A stretch of 57,293 nt of DNA from Alphaproteobacteria bacterium (GCA_016869935.1 VGCX01000002.1:1-57293), one strand, 5' to 3'. Shown: positions 49,901-57,055, counted from the stretch's first letter. The notes: a model not told the origin generated them from the letters alone. Made by a program: numbers and translations.

Positions 49901-51749
49901 CTTGAAAATTTTCTTGAAGTTGATCCAAAACGGAAGCCTTTAAAACAATCGCTGGTTCAAGGGAGAAATGGTGAATCCAAACCTTAGAGGTATTATCATT
50001 AATAAGATAGGACGTTTCTGAAAGTACCCGTAATCCCATGTTTTCAAGGAGAGGTAAAATATCAGAGATAATAATAGGTGTTTCCTTTTGGTATAATTTT
50101 AAAAAAAGTCTCCTTTGGTCAGGATCTGTTTCTTGATAGAGACGAATAGCAAAGGAAGATTGTCCTAAGGTTTTTTCAATAACATCAAGATCTTTTAAAG
50201 CTTCTTCTGGTGAAAAACTTTCTTTGTAAGCCGCAGAAAAAATTCCAGAAAGAGTTTTAACAAGTTCATAAGCCTTTGGACCTTTAGTTTGAATCAGCTG
50301 TTGCTTTAAAACATCTTCCCATGTAAGAGAGGCCTCTTGAAGCCGCTTTTCCAGTGTTTGGACTTGAACTTTTTTAGACACATCAGGATTTGAGGCTATT
50401 AAAAGATGTACACGAGCAAATGCTAAGTCTCCGCCCATCTCTGTTTTGAAAGAAATAACAGATCCTTGAAGATCGGAAGATATAATCGATGAAAATTTTT
50501 CTCGAAGACCAGAATTAAATCGATCTCTTGGAACATAGATTAAACAAGAAACAATGTGACCCAAAGGATCTTTTCTAACAAAAAGAGCGAGCTGTTGGCG
50601 ATCTTTTAAATCCATGATAGCCCGGGTCGTTGTTAAAAGGAATTCTTCATCCGCTTGAAAAAATTCATCTCGTGGAAAGGATTCTAAGATATGAAGTAAG
50701 AGTTTTCCTTTATGATCTTCTGCTTGGAAACCATACATATCAAGCAGGCCAACAGCGCGCTTTCTAAGAAGGGGAATGTCTTGGATGCTTCGATTGTATA
50801 CAGAAGATGTAAAAAGGCCAATAAACTGGCGTTCTCCTATAATTGTTCCCTTGCTGTCAAATTTCTTGATAACAATTACATCCATAGGGACAAGACGATG
50901 CACGGTTGATAGGGTCTGTGTTTTTGTAATACAAAAAGCTTGATGGTCTAAAAGGGGGGACGCAAGTGACTGATCATTTGAAAATAGACGGACATCTGTT
51001 TTTGGTAAAATACCACAACTTTCAAGAAGATTTCCTTTGGAATCATATTCTCGGTATCCTAGGAATGTGAAGTATCCACGGTCTAACCACTGAAGAAAAC
51101 TTTGAATTTCTAATTTTTGTTCTCGATGAAAAGCAGCAGCTCCAAGATCCACATCAAACACGGCATCATTAATTTTTTGACGCATTTCTTGCCAATCAGA
51201 AACAGCTTTATGAATATCATGAAGGATGGATTCTATATGTGTTTTTAGAAAGGATTGTTCTTCTTTATCAAGATACTCGCTCAGTTCAATAGAAAGCAAA
51301 AGAATAGTCTTTCCTGAAAAAGTTTCAAAAGATGGATCAAAAATAGTCTCAATTCCTTTTTCTTTTGTATGTGCAACCCCAACGACTGGGTGTAATGACA
51401 TATCAACGTGATATCCGCGCTGTACGAGAAACGATATAACAGAGTCAACGATAAAAGGCTTTGAATCACATAAAAGATAAAATGTCGTTTTTTGTGGTAA
51501 GGTCTCTGTGTTTTCAAAAAAGATTTCATGGGCCTTATCAAGACCGGTTTTTAAAAAATCTAGACAATGTAAAGCTTTGTAATAAAGAGCTTTTGGCTCA
51601 AATTCTTGAAACAGACTTAGGGGGGCGTCCTTATAAAGAACATCAATGAATTTTTCCAAGAAACGAGGGTCTTTTTGGGAAATATGCCTTTTAATTTCCA
51701 CAAGAAATTTCTCGCTATTAAGCAAAAAACTTTTTGAGTTCTTTTCCAT
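46986..51749 (-). CDS. gdhB: NAD-specific glutamate dehydrogenase, large (about 180 kDa) class
   Basis: 1587 aa, a size essentially unique to this family. The central GDH core has GGIRWS and GDMSGDVFGNGML. Confidence 0.9.
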   Translation of the reverse strand: MEKNSKSFLLNSEKFLVEIKRHISQKDPRFLEKFIDVLYKDAPLSLFQEFEPKALYYKALHCLDFLKTGLDKAHEIFFENTETLPQKTTFYLLCDSKPFIVDSVISFLVQRGYHVDMSLHPVVGVAHTKEKGIETIFDPSFETFSGKTILLLSIELSEYLDKEEQSFLKTHIESILHDIHKAVSDWQEMRQKINDAVFDVDLGAAAFHREQKLEIQSFLQWLDRGYFTFLGYREYDSKGNLLESCGILPKTDVRLFSNDQSLASPLLDHQAFCITKTQTLSTVHRLVPMDVIVIKKFDSKGTIIGERQFIGLFTSSVYNRSIQDIPLLRKRAVGLLDMYGFQAEDHKGKLLLHILESFPRDEFFQADEEFLLTTTRAIMDLKDRQQLALFVRKDPLGHIVSCLIYVPRDRFNSGLREKFSSIISSDLQGSVISFKTEMGGDLAFARVHLLIASNPDVSKKVQVQTLEKRLQEASLTWEDVLKQQLIQTKGPKAYELVKTLSGIFSAAYKESFSPEEALKDLDVIEKTLGQSSFAIRLYQETDPDQRRLFLKLYQKETPIIISDILPLLENMGLRVLSETSYLINDNTSKVWIHHFSLEPAIVLKASVLDQLQENFQACLSGLWSHQIENDCLNSLIFTAQLFWRDVVLLRAYFKYLKQINFAFDLDFIARTLGAHASITKDFILLFYQAFDPKIEESKRNSALNATLKKIEMSLKEVQNSNEDRILRVFLNIILSTLRTNYFIKEKGTNEPKPYISLKLSGHKIMNLPLPKPAFEIFVYSPWMEAIHLRGGSVARGGIRWSTRPDFRREILDLMKAQMVKNSVIIPVGAKGGFIVKIPMEHLNFDERQQKAIFCYQTMIRGLLDITDTLTNGHITTPQSVHPLDEKDPYLVVAADKGTATFSDIANALSSEYGFWLDDAFASGGSAGYDHKKMAITSKGAWIAVARHFREIGVDVQEDPFTVIGVGDMSGDVFGNGMLLSNKITLIGAFNHTHIFLDPAPNLERSFQERSRLFNLPRSNWDQYDPKVLSKGGMIIDRREKTVTLTQEIQKLFKLDQNTATPQEIIQVLLKAEVDLLWFGGIGTFVKATTELHEQVGDRINDDLRVNGSDLQCKVIGEGANLGMTQRARIEYASRGGRLNTDAIDNSAGVDCSDHEVNIKILLQEDSIKKAMSRESRNKLLEQMTEEVSALTLRDNYLQTQAISIIQKRGHSVIGRQSRFIRTLENIGKLNRDIEYLPTDKELDDFRISRKALTRPEIAILLAYGKIFAFDQILTSPLVDLSFLHKDLLAYFPEALKAKFKKEIENHPLKREMVATLVANNLVNRMGPTFLSEMMDLASGTVEEIISAYLIVRESFSLTTHWEEIEKLDYQTSTDIQYTMFLETIDLVERCSLWLLRHRQKTLDIQKDILDFSNGVRELTNCIDDCISGFSLLKKNHAQMTFLKQGIPAELAKRMSQLSLMSMSFRIINSAKKMNISLKKAAHIFFQIHEQFSIDWFLEQINTTTDNSWTKRAFYGMRDQLLQVNEKLMETILKEYPKESSENAFRDWCQKRLNRLNQIDTLIKEIKSLDKVDFSMVFVFSHHLEELS

Positions 51750-51810
51750 TTACCAGACTCCTTTGGGTTTTATTGTATTAAAAATTCATCATAGTAGAGA
51801 TCTGGGGAAA

Positions 51811-51885
51811 TGGAGCGGGAGAAGGGATTTGAACCCTCGACCCCAACCTTGGCAAGGTTGTGCTCTACCCCTGAGCTACTCCCGC
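51811..51885 (-). tRNA. tRNA-Gly (anticodon GCC), CCA encoded
   Basis: Minus strand reads GCGGGAGTAGCTCAGGGGTAGAGCACAACCTTGCCAAGGTTGGGGTCGAGGGTTCAAATCCCTTCTCCCGCTCCA. Acceptor 7 bp, D stem GCTC/GAGC, anticodon stem CAACC/GGTTG with loop TTGCCAA, T loop TTCAAAT. Confidence 0.93.
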
Positions 51886-52049
51886 TTGAAGATTCAATTA
51901 ATATAGGCATAATATGCGGAAGAGCTGCTGCTTTGCAAGAAAAAAAACATAGTTTTTGAGGTATTTTGCAAAATAGCTTAGAGGCTCTCTTGCGCTTTTT
52001 TAGTCCTCTTGCTAAAGTTCCATCATCAATTATTGTGTAGGAGCCCCTG

Positions 52050-52616
52050 ATGAAAGTAAATGCGAACAGTCTTCGCGTAGGTAATGTTATTGAACACAAA
52101 GGCAAATTGTGGGTCATTACAAAAACCCAACATACCCAGCCTGGAAAAGGCGGGGCCTATATTCAAGCCGAAATGAAAGAGCTAACGGGTGAAACAAAAA
52201 CGAATGAACGATTTCGGTCTAGTGAAGATGTAGAACGGGTTCATTTGGATGAACGATCTCAGCAGTTTTTGTTCCAAGAAGGGGACGATTATACGTTCAT
52301 GGATCAAGAAACTTATGATCAAATCACTATTCCAGGTAGTCTTATTGGCGAGAGCGCCCAATTTCTTCAAGATGGTATGATGGTTTCTGTTTTTTACCAT
52401 GAGGGAAAAGCATTGAGCGCCTCTCTTCCAGAAACGATTGTTATGACTATTACAGAAGCAGATCCTGTAATTAAGGGGCAAACAGCTTCGTCTTCTTATA
52501 AGCCTGCGATCTTGGAAAATGGTTGCCGCATTATGGTTCCACCCCACATTGAAGCAGGGACACGGGTTGTTATCAACACGGTAGAATGTAGCTATGTTGA
52601 AAAAGCAAAGGATTAA
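52050..52616 (+). CDS. efp: Translation elongation factor P
   Basis: 188 aa. VIEHKGKLWVI...TQPGKGGAYIQAEMK loop region. Confidence 0.93.
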   Translation: MKVNANSLRVGNVIEHKGKLWVITKTQHTQPGKGGAYIQAEMKELTGETKTNERFRSSEDVERVHLDERSQQFLFQEGDDYTFMDQETYDQITIPGSLIGESAQFLQDGMMVSVFYHEGKALSASLPETIVMTITEADPVIKGQTASSSYKPAILENGCRIMVPPHIEAGTRVVINTVECSYVEKAKD

Positions 52617-52625
52617 TCAGCGTTC

Positions 52626-53411
52626 ATGAATCATACTCTTGCCTCTCGTCGTTTTATGACAAAATCGGCTATCATTAATGTGATGGCTGATGCGGCTATA
52701 AAAGCTGGGCGTTTTTTAATTAAAGATTTTAATGAAATTGATAAGCTAAAGGTTTCCCGAAAAAGCATTCGGGAGTTTGTCAGTAACGCTGATACATTTT
52801 CTGAGAAAAACATTCGCGAAGAATTGCTCAAAGCGCGCCCTGATTTTGGGTTTTTGCTAGAAGAGGGAGGAGAAGTTATTGGTAAAGATCCCGACAATCG
52901 ATGGATTGTGGATCCATTGGATGGAACCTTTAACTTTTTGCACGGTGTACCCCATTTTTGCATTTCGATAGCCTACGAAAGAAAAGGGGTCATTCAAGCA
53001 GGACTTATTTATACCCCTTTAACCGATGAGTTCTTTTGGGCTGTTCGGGGGGAGGGGGCCTTTCTTGGGTTTACCCGTCTTCGTGTTTCCGATCGGGAAG
53101 AGTTTGATACAACCCTTATTGCAACGTCCCCCTCGGATCATGTGAGCGAAGTTGCCAGGACCTTTGGATGTGTGCGTATTACAGGGTCAACCGCCTTGGA
53201 CCTTGCCTATGTTGCAGCTGGAAAATTTGATGGATTTTTTATTAAACGTCTGAGCCCTTGGGATATTGCGGCCGGGGTTTTGTTGGTTACCGAAGCGGGT
53301 GGATTCATCGAAAGTTATGATGGAAAACAATCCCCTTTTGAGTCGACCAATATTATTGGTGGATCACCGTTGACATTTCCTAAATTAGCTAAAATTATTC
53401 GTACATCATAA
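52626..53411 (+). CDS. suhB: Inositol monophosphatase family protein (SuhB-like)
   Basis: WIVDPLDGTFNFLHG and WDIAAG motifs. The true start may be ATG 52656 (MTKSAIINVM). Confidence 0.85.
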   Translation: MNHTLASRRFMTKSAIINVMADAAIKAGRFLIKDFNEIDKLKVSRKSIREFVSNADTFSEKNIREELLKARPDFGFLLEEGGEVIGKDPDNRWIVDPLDGTFNFLHGVPHFCISIAYERKGVIQAGLIYTPLTDEFFWAVRGEGAFLGFTRLRVSDREEFDTTLIATSPSDHVSEVARTFGCVRITGSTALDLAYVAAGKFDGFFIKRLSPWDIAAGVLLVTEAGGFIESYDGKQSPFESTNIIGGSPLTFPKLAKIIRTS

Positions 53412-53424
53412 AAGGAGAAAAAAC

Positions 53425-54027
53425 ATGACGGTACTCGTTGGAAAAACAGCCCCAGATTTTACTGCCGCTGCGGTAATGGGTGATAACACAATTAAAGAAA
53501 ATTTTAATTTGAAGGATTATTTAAAGGGTCGAACAGGCGTTTTGTTCTTTTATCCCCTAGACTTTACCTTTGTCTGCCCTTCAGAAATCATTGCCTTTGC
53601 TAATCGCTTGAGCAGTTTCAAAGAAAGAAATACAGAAATCATTGGCGTCAGCGTTGATTCCCATTTCACCCACTTGGCTTGGAAGAATACACCCATTAAT
53701 AATGGGGGTATTGGGCCTATTGGATTTCCACTCGTTGCAGACTTAACCAAAAACATTGCACGCTCTTATGATGTTTTGGTCAATGATGCCGTTGCGTTTC
53801 GTGGGACGTTCTTAATTGATGGGAAGGGAATTGTTCGCCATCAAGTCGTCAACGATCTACCCCTTGGGCGAAATGTAGATGAAACCCTTCGCATGGTCGA
53901 TGCGTTGCATTACCATGAACAGCACGGTGAAGTGTGTCCGGCTGGGTGGAACAAAGGCAAACAAGCCATGAAAGCGACTGCTGATGGCGTTGCAAGCTAC
54001 CTTGCGAAAAATGCTGAGGCACTTTAG
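53425..54027 (+). CDS. Typical 2-Cys peroxiredoxin (AhpC/Tsa family)
   Basis: 200 aa. Peroxidatic FTFVCPSE and resolving GEVCPAGW cysteines. Confidence 0.92.
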   Translation: MTVLVGKTAPDFTAAAVMGDNTIKENFNLKDYLKGRTGVLFFYPLDFTFVCPSEIIAFANRLSSFKERNTEIIGVSVDSHFTHLAWKNTPINNGGIGPIGFPLVADLTKNIARSYDVLVNDAVAFRGTFLIDGKGIVRHQVVNDLPLGRNVDETLRMVDALHYHEQHGEVCPAGWNKGKQAMKATADGVASYLAKNAEAL

Positions 54028-54081
54028 AGGATTTGATAATCCTTGTTGACTGCAAGAAAATTGTCAGATCAAGATAGGCAT

Positions 54082-54137
54082 AAAAAAAACTCCGGCATCT
54101 GATCACTGAGTAAACTCAGGGGAAGAAAATCCGGAGT
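54082..54137 (-). terminator. Orphan terminator-like hairpin with T8 tail on the minus strand
   Basis: ACTCCGG (54089-54095) pairs with CCGGAGT (54131-54137). It has an inner CTGAG/CTCAG stem, and the A8 run 54082-54089 reads as T8 after the hairpin on the minus strand. No minus-strand gene feeds into it. Confidence 0.4.
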
Positions 54138-54261
54138 ATCCAATTATAGAATGTAATTTTTAAAGCTAGCTTGTCGAGTAAAAAATATGGAAACAATTAC
54201 TTTTTTGATAGGATCAAACGGTATCATTTAATGATTCAAAATATTAAAATGGATATCTATT

Positions 54262-54612
54262 ATGATTGATTATGCATTTACTGTAAGAAAATTGTCAGAC
54301 CAAGAAGGGGGTGGCTATCTTGCTGAAGCCATAGAGTTAAATGGATGCATAGCAGATGGATCAACTCCTGAAGAGGCTGTTCATAACCTAGAAGATTCTA
54401 TTAATTCTTGGATCAGAACAATGACAGAACTTGGGCGCCCAGTTCCTCAGCCTTGTAAGGATTCTTTTAGTGGTAAATGGGTTGTTAGAACTCCAAAAAC
54501 ATTACATAAAAAATTAACAGAACTTTCTAAAATAGAAGGTGTTAGTCTTAATACTCTTATAGTAAGTTTGCTTTCTGAAGGTATTGGGGTAAAAATGTTA
54601 CGTGCGCACTAA
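54262..54612 (+). CDS. hicB: HicB-family antitoxin-like protein (HicB N-domain plus C-terminal ribbon-helix-helix)
   Basis: 116 aa. GGGYLAEAIELNGCIADGSTPEEAVHNLEDSI (HicB-like fold) and RTPKTLHKKLTELSKIEGVSLNTLIVSLL (RHH). No hicA in either flank. Confidence 0.7.
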   Translation: MIDYAFTVRKLSDQEGGGYLAEAIELNGCIADGSTPEEAVHNLEDSINSWIRTMTELGRPVPQPCKDSFSGKWVVRTPKTLHKKLTELSKIEGVSLNTLIVSLLSEGIGVKMLRAH

Positions 54613-54656
54613 GAAAAAAATAACTTACGATTTTTCAAATAAAAAGTAGAAAATAC

Positions 54657-55352
54657 TTGACCAAAAAGATCTTAATTCCTTTTTCAAGCCTTAGACCTGC
54701 ACAGGTCCGGTATGCCCCAGCAATGGTTGCAAACCATAAAATTTTGATCCAAGACGGCGTTTATGATGGAGGAGAGGCTTTGGCCGTTCATGAGGTCGTG
54801 GGACATTTTTATAGCCTCATTGATCACCATCACCATGTCCTAAAAGCCATCCAAGAGGGGGCGACCCATGGTTGGGGTGTGGTCAAAAACACATGGTCTT
54901 TGGAAGAATACCAGCAACGTCTTCAAAGGGATCGTCTGTGCTTTTCCCAAGATATTTCTTTTTACTGTCGGAATCTCCAGGGGCAGTGGGTTGATCCTTT
55001 TTATTCAATGGCAGACCTTTTGAACAGAGGGGAGCACGATAGTCTTCGAACCTTTGTCAGTCTTCATAAGACAAAAGAAACTTATGATTATGGGGTTCTG
55101 GTTAACCAAGAACCTTCCATAAAACCCAATTCTTTCTGGCGGAAAATTATAGGAAATCCTCCAAAAGACCTAATTTCAACACCGGCTTTTGCCGAATTTA
55201 TCCTTAGCGATGTCTTAAGAGCCATGGGATTTTTAGAACATTCTACGGATACAGATCATGCATGCTATCTTTTAAGGCAGGCAAAAACAAATCCGCCACC
55301 CGTTTTTCCCTTCGTAGGGTGGCAAGGGTTTAACTTGGATTGGGTGCCATAA
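54657..55352 (+). CDS. Hypothetical protein, possible ParB/Srx-fold (ParB-like nuclease, ParBc_2-type) domain
   Basis: 231 aa. SLRPAQ near the N-terminus, YSLIDHHHHVLKA and FAEFILSDVLR resemble my memory of the ParBc_2 family consensus. The TTG start is uncertain. Its stop overlaps the sdhE ATG (TAATG). Confidence 0.45.
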   Translation: MTKKILIPFSSLRPAQVRYAPAMVANHKILIQDGVYDGGEALAVHEVVGHFYSLIDHHHHVLKAIQEGATHGWGVVKNTWSLEEYQQRLQRDRLCFSQDISFYCRNLQGQWVDPFYSMADLLNRGEHDSLRTFVSLHKTKETYDYGVLVNQEPSIKPNSFWRKIIGNPPKDLISTPAFAEFILSDVLRAMGFLEHSTDTDHACYLLRQAKTNPPPVFPFVGWQGFNLDWVP

Positions 55353-55615
55353 TGGATAAAAGTTTAGAAAATTATCATATAAAGAAACTATTCTATCTTT
55401 GTGCTAAGAGGGGTATGAAAGAAACAGAATTTTTGCTCAGAACCTTTGCAGAACAAGAAATAAGCAATTTAACCCCAGCAGAATTAAAGGATTTTGAAAC
55501 GCTTCTTCACTGCACAGACAGTGATATTTTAAATTGGTTAATGGGGGTTGTTCCCGTGCCAAAAGCCTATGATACAGGGGTTTTTAGGAAGTTATCGATG
55601 TTCAAAAAGACATAA
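55352..55615 (+). CDS. sdhE: FAD assembly factor SdhE (DUF339 / YgfY family)
   Basis: ATG at 55352 gives MDKSLENYHIKKLFYLCAKRGMKETEFLL...LLHCTDSDILNWLMG. The RGxxE and D-x-x-L-x-x-W pattern is that of SdhE. Confidence 0.8.
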   Translation: MDKSLENYHIKKLFYLCAKRGMKETEFLLRTFAEQEISNLTPAELKDFETLLHCTDSDILNWLMGVVPVPKAYDTGVFRKLSMFKKT

Positions 55616-55663
55616 AAAAAGGGAGAAGAAATGTGCAAGAGGGTTTCTTTCATTTCTTCTCCC
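55614..55663 (-). terminator. Rho-independent terminator on the minus strand (hairpin may also stop sdhE on the plus strand)
   Basis: 13-bp perfect stem GGGAGAAGAAATG (55621-55633) / CATTTCTTCTCCC (55651-55663). The A7 run 55614-55620 reads as T7 after the hairpin on the minus strand only. Confidence 0.6.
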
Positions 55664-55860
55664 TACTCTAAAAGTAGAGTGTCGCCCGCTTTTGAGATTT
55701 GGGAGGCAAGATGGTCGGACGACACTCCCTCTGAGAGAACCCGGAGGCGGGTTTTGACATTACGTCGATCTGGTGCAAGATCCCCCCGGGCCTATTCAGC
55801 CAATACACTTCATGAGTGTGGTCGTTTCTACCCTTGAAACAGACCGTGTTCTCTATTACA
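55614..55860 (-). ncRNA. Candidate structured non-coding RNA, family not recognised; 5' end undetermined (about 55850-55880)
   Basis: Hand count gives 70 of 120 G+C in 55681-55800, against 14 of 60 in 55861-55920. There are several long helices, including a 12-bp one (55677-55688 with 55716-55727) whose only imperfection is a G-U pair on the minus strand and C-A on the plus strand. It ends in a minus-strand terminator. Confidence 0.4.
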
Positions 55861-55926
55861 ATTGCTACTTTACTTTGTAACTATATTGTAGTGTAATAAC
55901 ACATTGTTAGTAACTTTTAATACAAG

Positions 55927-56955
55927 ATGAAATTGATGTCAAGCATAAAAAATGATTTTACAACAACAGATGTAAATTTTATTTGCGCTGTTAAAGAATG
56001 CCGGGAACCCAAGAAAATAGCCGAACAGCTGGAAATTTCTCCTTCGTCTATTAACGTTTATGTTCAGCGAATTGAAAAAAAACTTGGAAAAAAAATATTT
56101 TTACGCAAACAAAATCCAACGGCTATTGAGTTAAATGAAGAAGGATTAGATTTTTACCCTCAATGTAAAAGGGCATCGCAATCCTTTGAATTTTTATATG
56201 AAAAGATAGATTCCCAAAAAGACTATCTGCAGGGTGAGATAAAAATAACGGGCCCACAAACTCTTTTAGAACACTTCATTATTCCTTATTTTTTGGATTT
56301 TATAACGAAAAATCCAAGGATTAATCCTTCTTTGAAACAATTAGATGATGTTTTTTATGAAGAACAAGAAATTAACGAGTTTTATTTTACCTCAGAAATA
56401 AAAGACGATACAGAGACGTATAGTTATTTTCCCTATTATGATTTTGTTCAACAGTTGTGGGTTAGTGAGAATTATTTAAAAAAACACGGAGAGATTAAAA
56501 CGATAGAAGATCTCTATCGTCATAACCTTTTATTTCAAAAAGGTTTTTTTCATAATCCCAAGGTTATGGGAATGCCTGCTGAGGTTCGTTCCTCCGTTGC
56601 GATGAATGAAATTCGTACCTTTGACCTTACAGGAACACGAACTGTAGATCTTTTATGTCAAGCGGGTGTTGGTATTATGAATGGATCTGAAGAAACGACA
56701 AAGCTATCAAAATTAAATGTAATACCCATTTTGCCTAATCTTAAGGGCGAAAGCATCAAGATGTGTATTAAGGTTCATACAAAGTTCCTATCAAAGAAAT
56801 TGGGAAGATATACTTTGGAATGGATTTTCAACTGCCGAGATCTTACTTTGAATAAAATAGGATGTCGAGCAAAATACCAACTTAATCCTTCTTTGATTTT
56901 AGGAGAAAATGTTGAAGCGGAAACAAAGCAAGAAAACAAGGCCCCTAAAAAATAG
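55927..56955 (+). CDS. LysR-type transcriptional regulator, atypical (long, AT-rich)
   Basis: 342 aa. HTH region FICAVKECREPKKIAEQLEISPSSINVYVQRIEKKLGKKIFLRK fits the LTTR N-domain pattern, offset by about 13 residues. A substrate-binding-like C-domain and a Lys-rich tail follow. Confidence 0.7.
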   Translation: MKLMSSIKNDFTTTDVNFICAVKECREPKKIAEQLEISPSSINVYVQRIEKKLGKKIFLRKQNPTAIELNEEGLDFYPQCKRASQSFEFLYEKIDSQKDYLQGEIKITGPQTLLEHFIIPYFLDFITKNPRINPSLKQLDDVFYEEQEINEFYFTSEIKDDTETYSYFPYYDFVQQLWVSENYLKKHGEIKTIEDLYRHNLLFQKGFFHNPKVMGMPAEVRSSVAMNEIRTFDLTGTRTVDLLCQAGVGIMNGSEETTKLSKLNVIPILPNLKGESIKMCIKVHTKFLSKKLGRYTLEWIFNCRDLTLNKIGCRAKYQLNPSLILGENVEAETKQENKAPKK

Positions 56956-56960
56956 GGGCC
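56926..56960 (-). terminator. Terminator-like hairpin on the minus strand, overlapping the LysR stop codon
   Basis: GGCCCCTA (56940-56947) pairs with TAGGGGCC (56953-56960) around a 5-nt loop. On the minus strand it is followed by TTGTTTTCTTGCTTT. Confidence 0.4.
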
Positions 56961-56983
56961 CTAAGGTTGTCTAGGAAGTTTTT

Positions 56984-57055
56984 TTACGGGTACCCCATAA
57001 GAAAAACTGTGGATGTTGCCATTATAAACAGACTAAGTTTATATAATGTACTCAT
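56984..57055 (-). CDS. Candidate 23-codon hydrophobic small ORF
   Basis: AAAAAGGAGACAGTT-ATG (strong SD, 6-nt spacing) then MSTLYKLSLFIMATSTVFLMGYP-stop. A hairpin with a T-rich tail follows on the same strand. Below the ORF-track length cutoff. Confidence 0.25.
   Translation of the reverse strand: MSTLYKLSLFIMATSTVFLMGYP

Noticed and set aside
51646-52117. Two ORFs (51646-51906 plus strand, 51770-52117 minus strand) between gdh and efp
   Set aside because: Both run through the tRNA-Gly gene and have no SD or recognisable domains. They are artefacts of the ORF caller.
54144-54227. 27-codon minus-strand ORF (MIPFDPIKKVIVSIFFTRQASFKNYIL) divergent from hicB, considered as a degenerate hicA
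   Set aside because: It has no SD and no similarity to the HicA pattern (the GSH motif is absent). It is far shorter than HicA (about 60 aa).
55731-55785. Resemblance to a TPP riboswitch on the plus strand (CTGAGAG at 55731-55737, GATCTGG at 55767-55773)
   Set aside because: The P5 partner (CCAGCG) and the GGGG/ACCC P2 arrangement are missing. No thi gene lies downstream. The G-U evidence and the terminator both favour the minus strand.
55548-55837. 69-aa and 68-aa plus-strand ORFs after sdhE
   Set aside because: They are Arg/Ser/Pro-rich translations of the locally G+C-rich structured region, with no SD. One overlaps sdhE out of frame. The region is better explained as RNA.
55614-55880. 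tmRNA (including the two-piece alphaproteobacterial form), SRP/4.5S RNA or RNase P RNA
   Set aside because: There is no T-arm-like GGTTCGAATCC with a CCA end, and no Ala-rich tag frame ending GCTGCTTAA-like. There is no GGAAGGAAGCAGC SRP domain IV motif and no GGAAAGTCCGGGC RNase P motif. The size fits none of them well.
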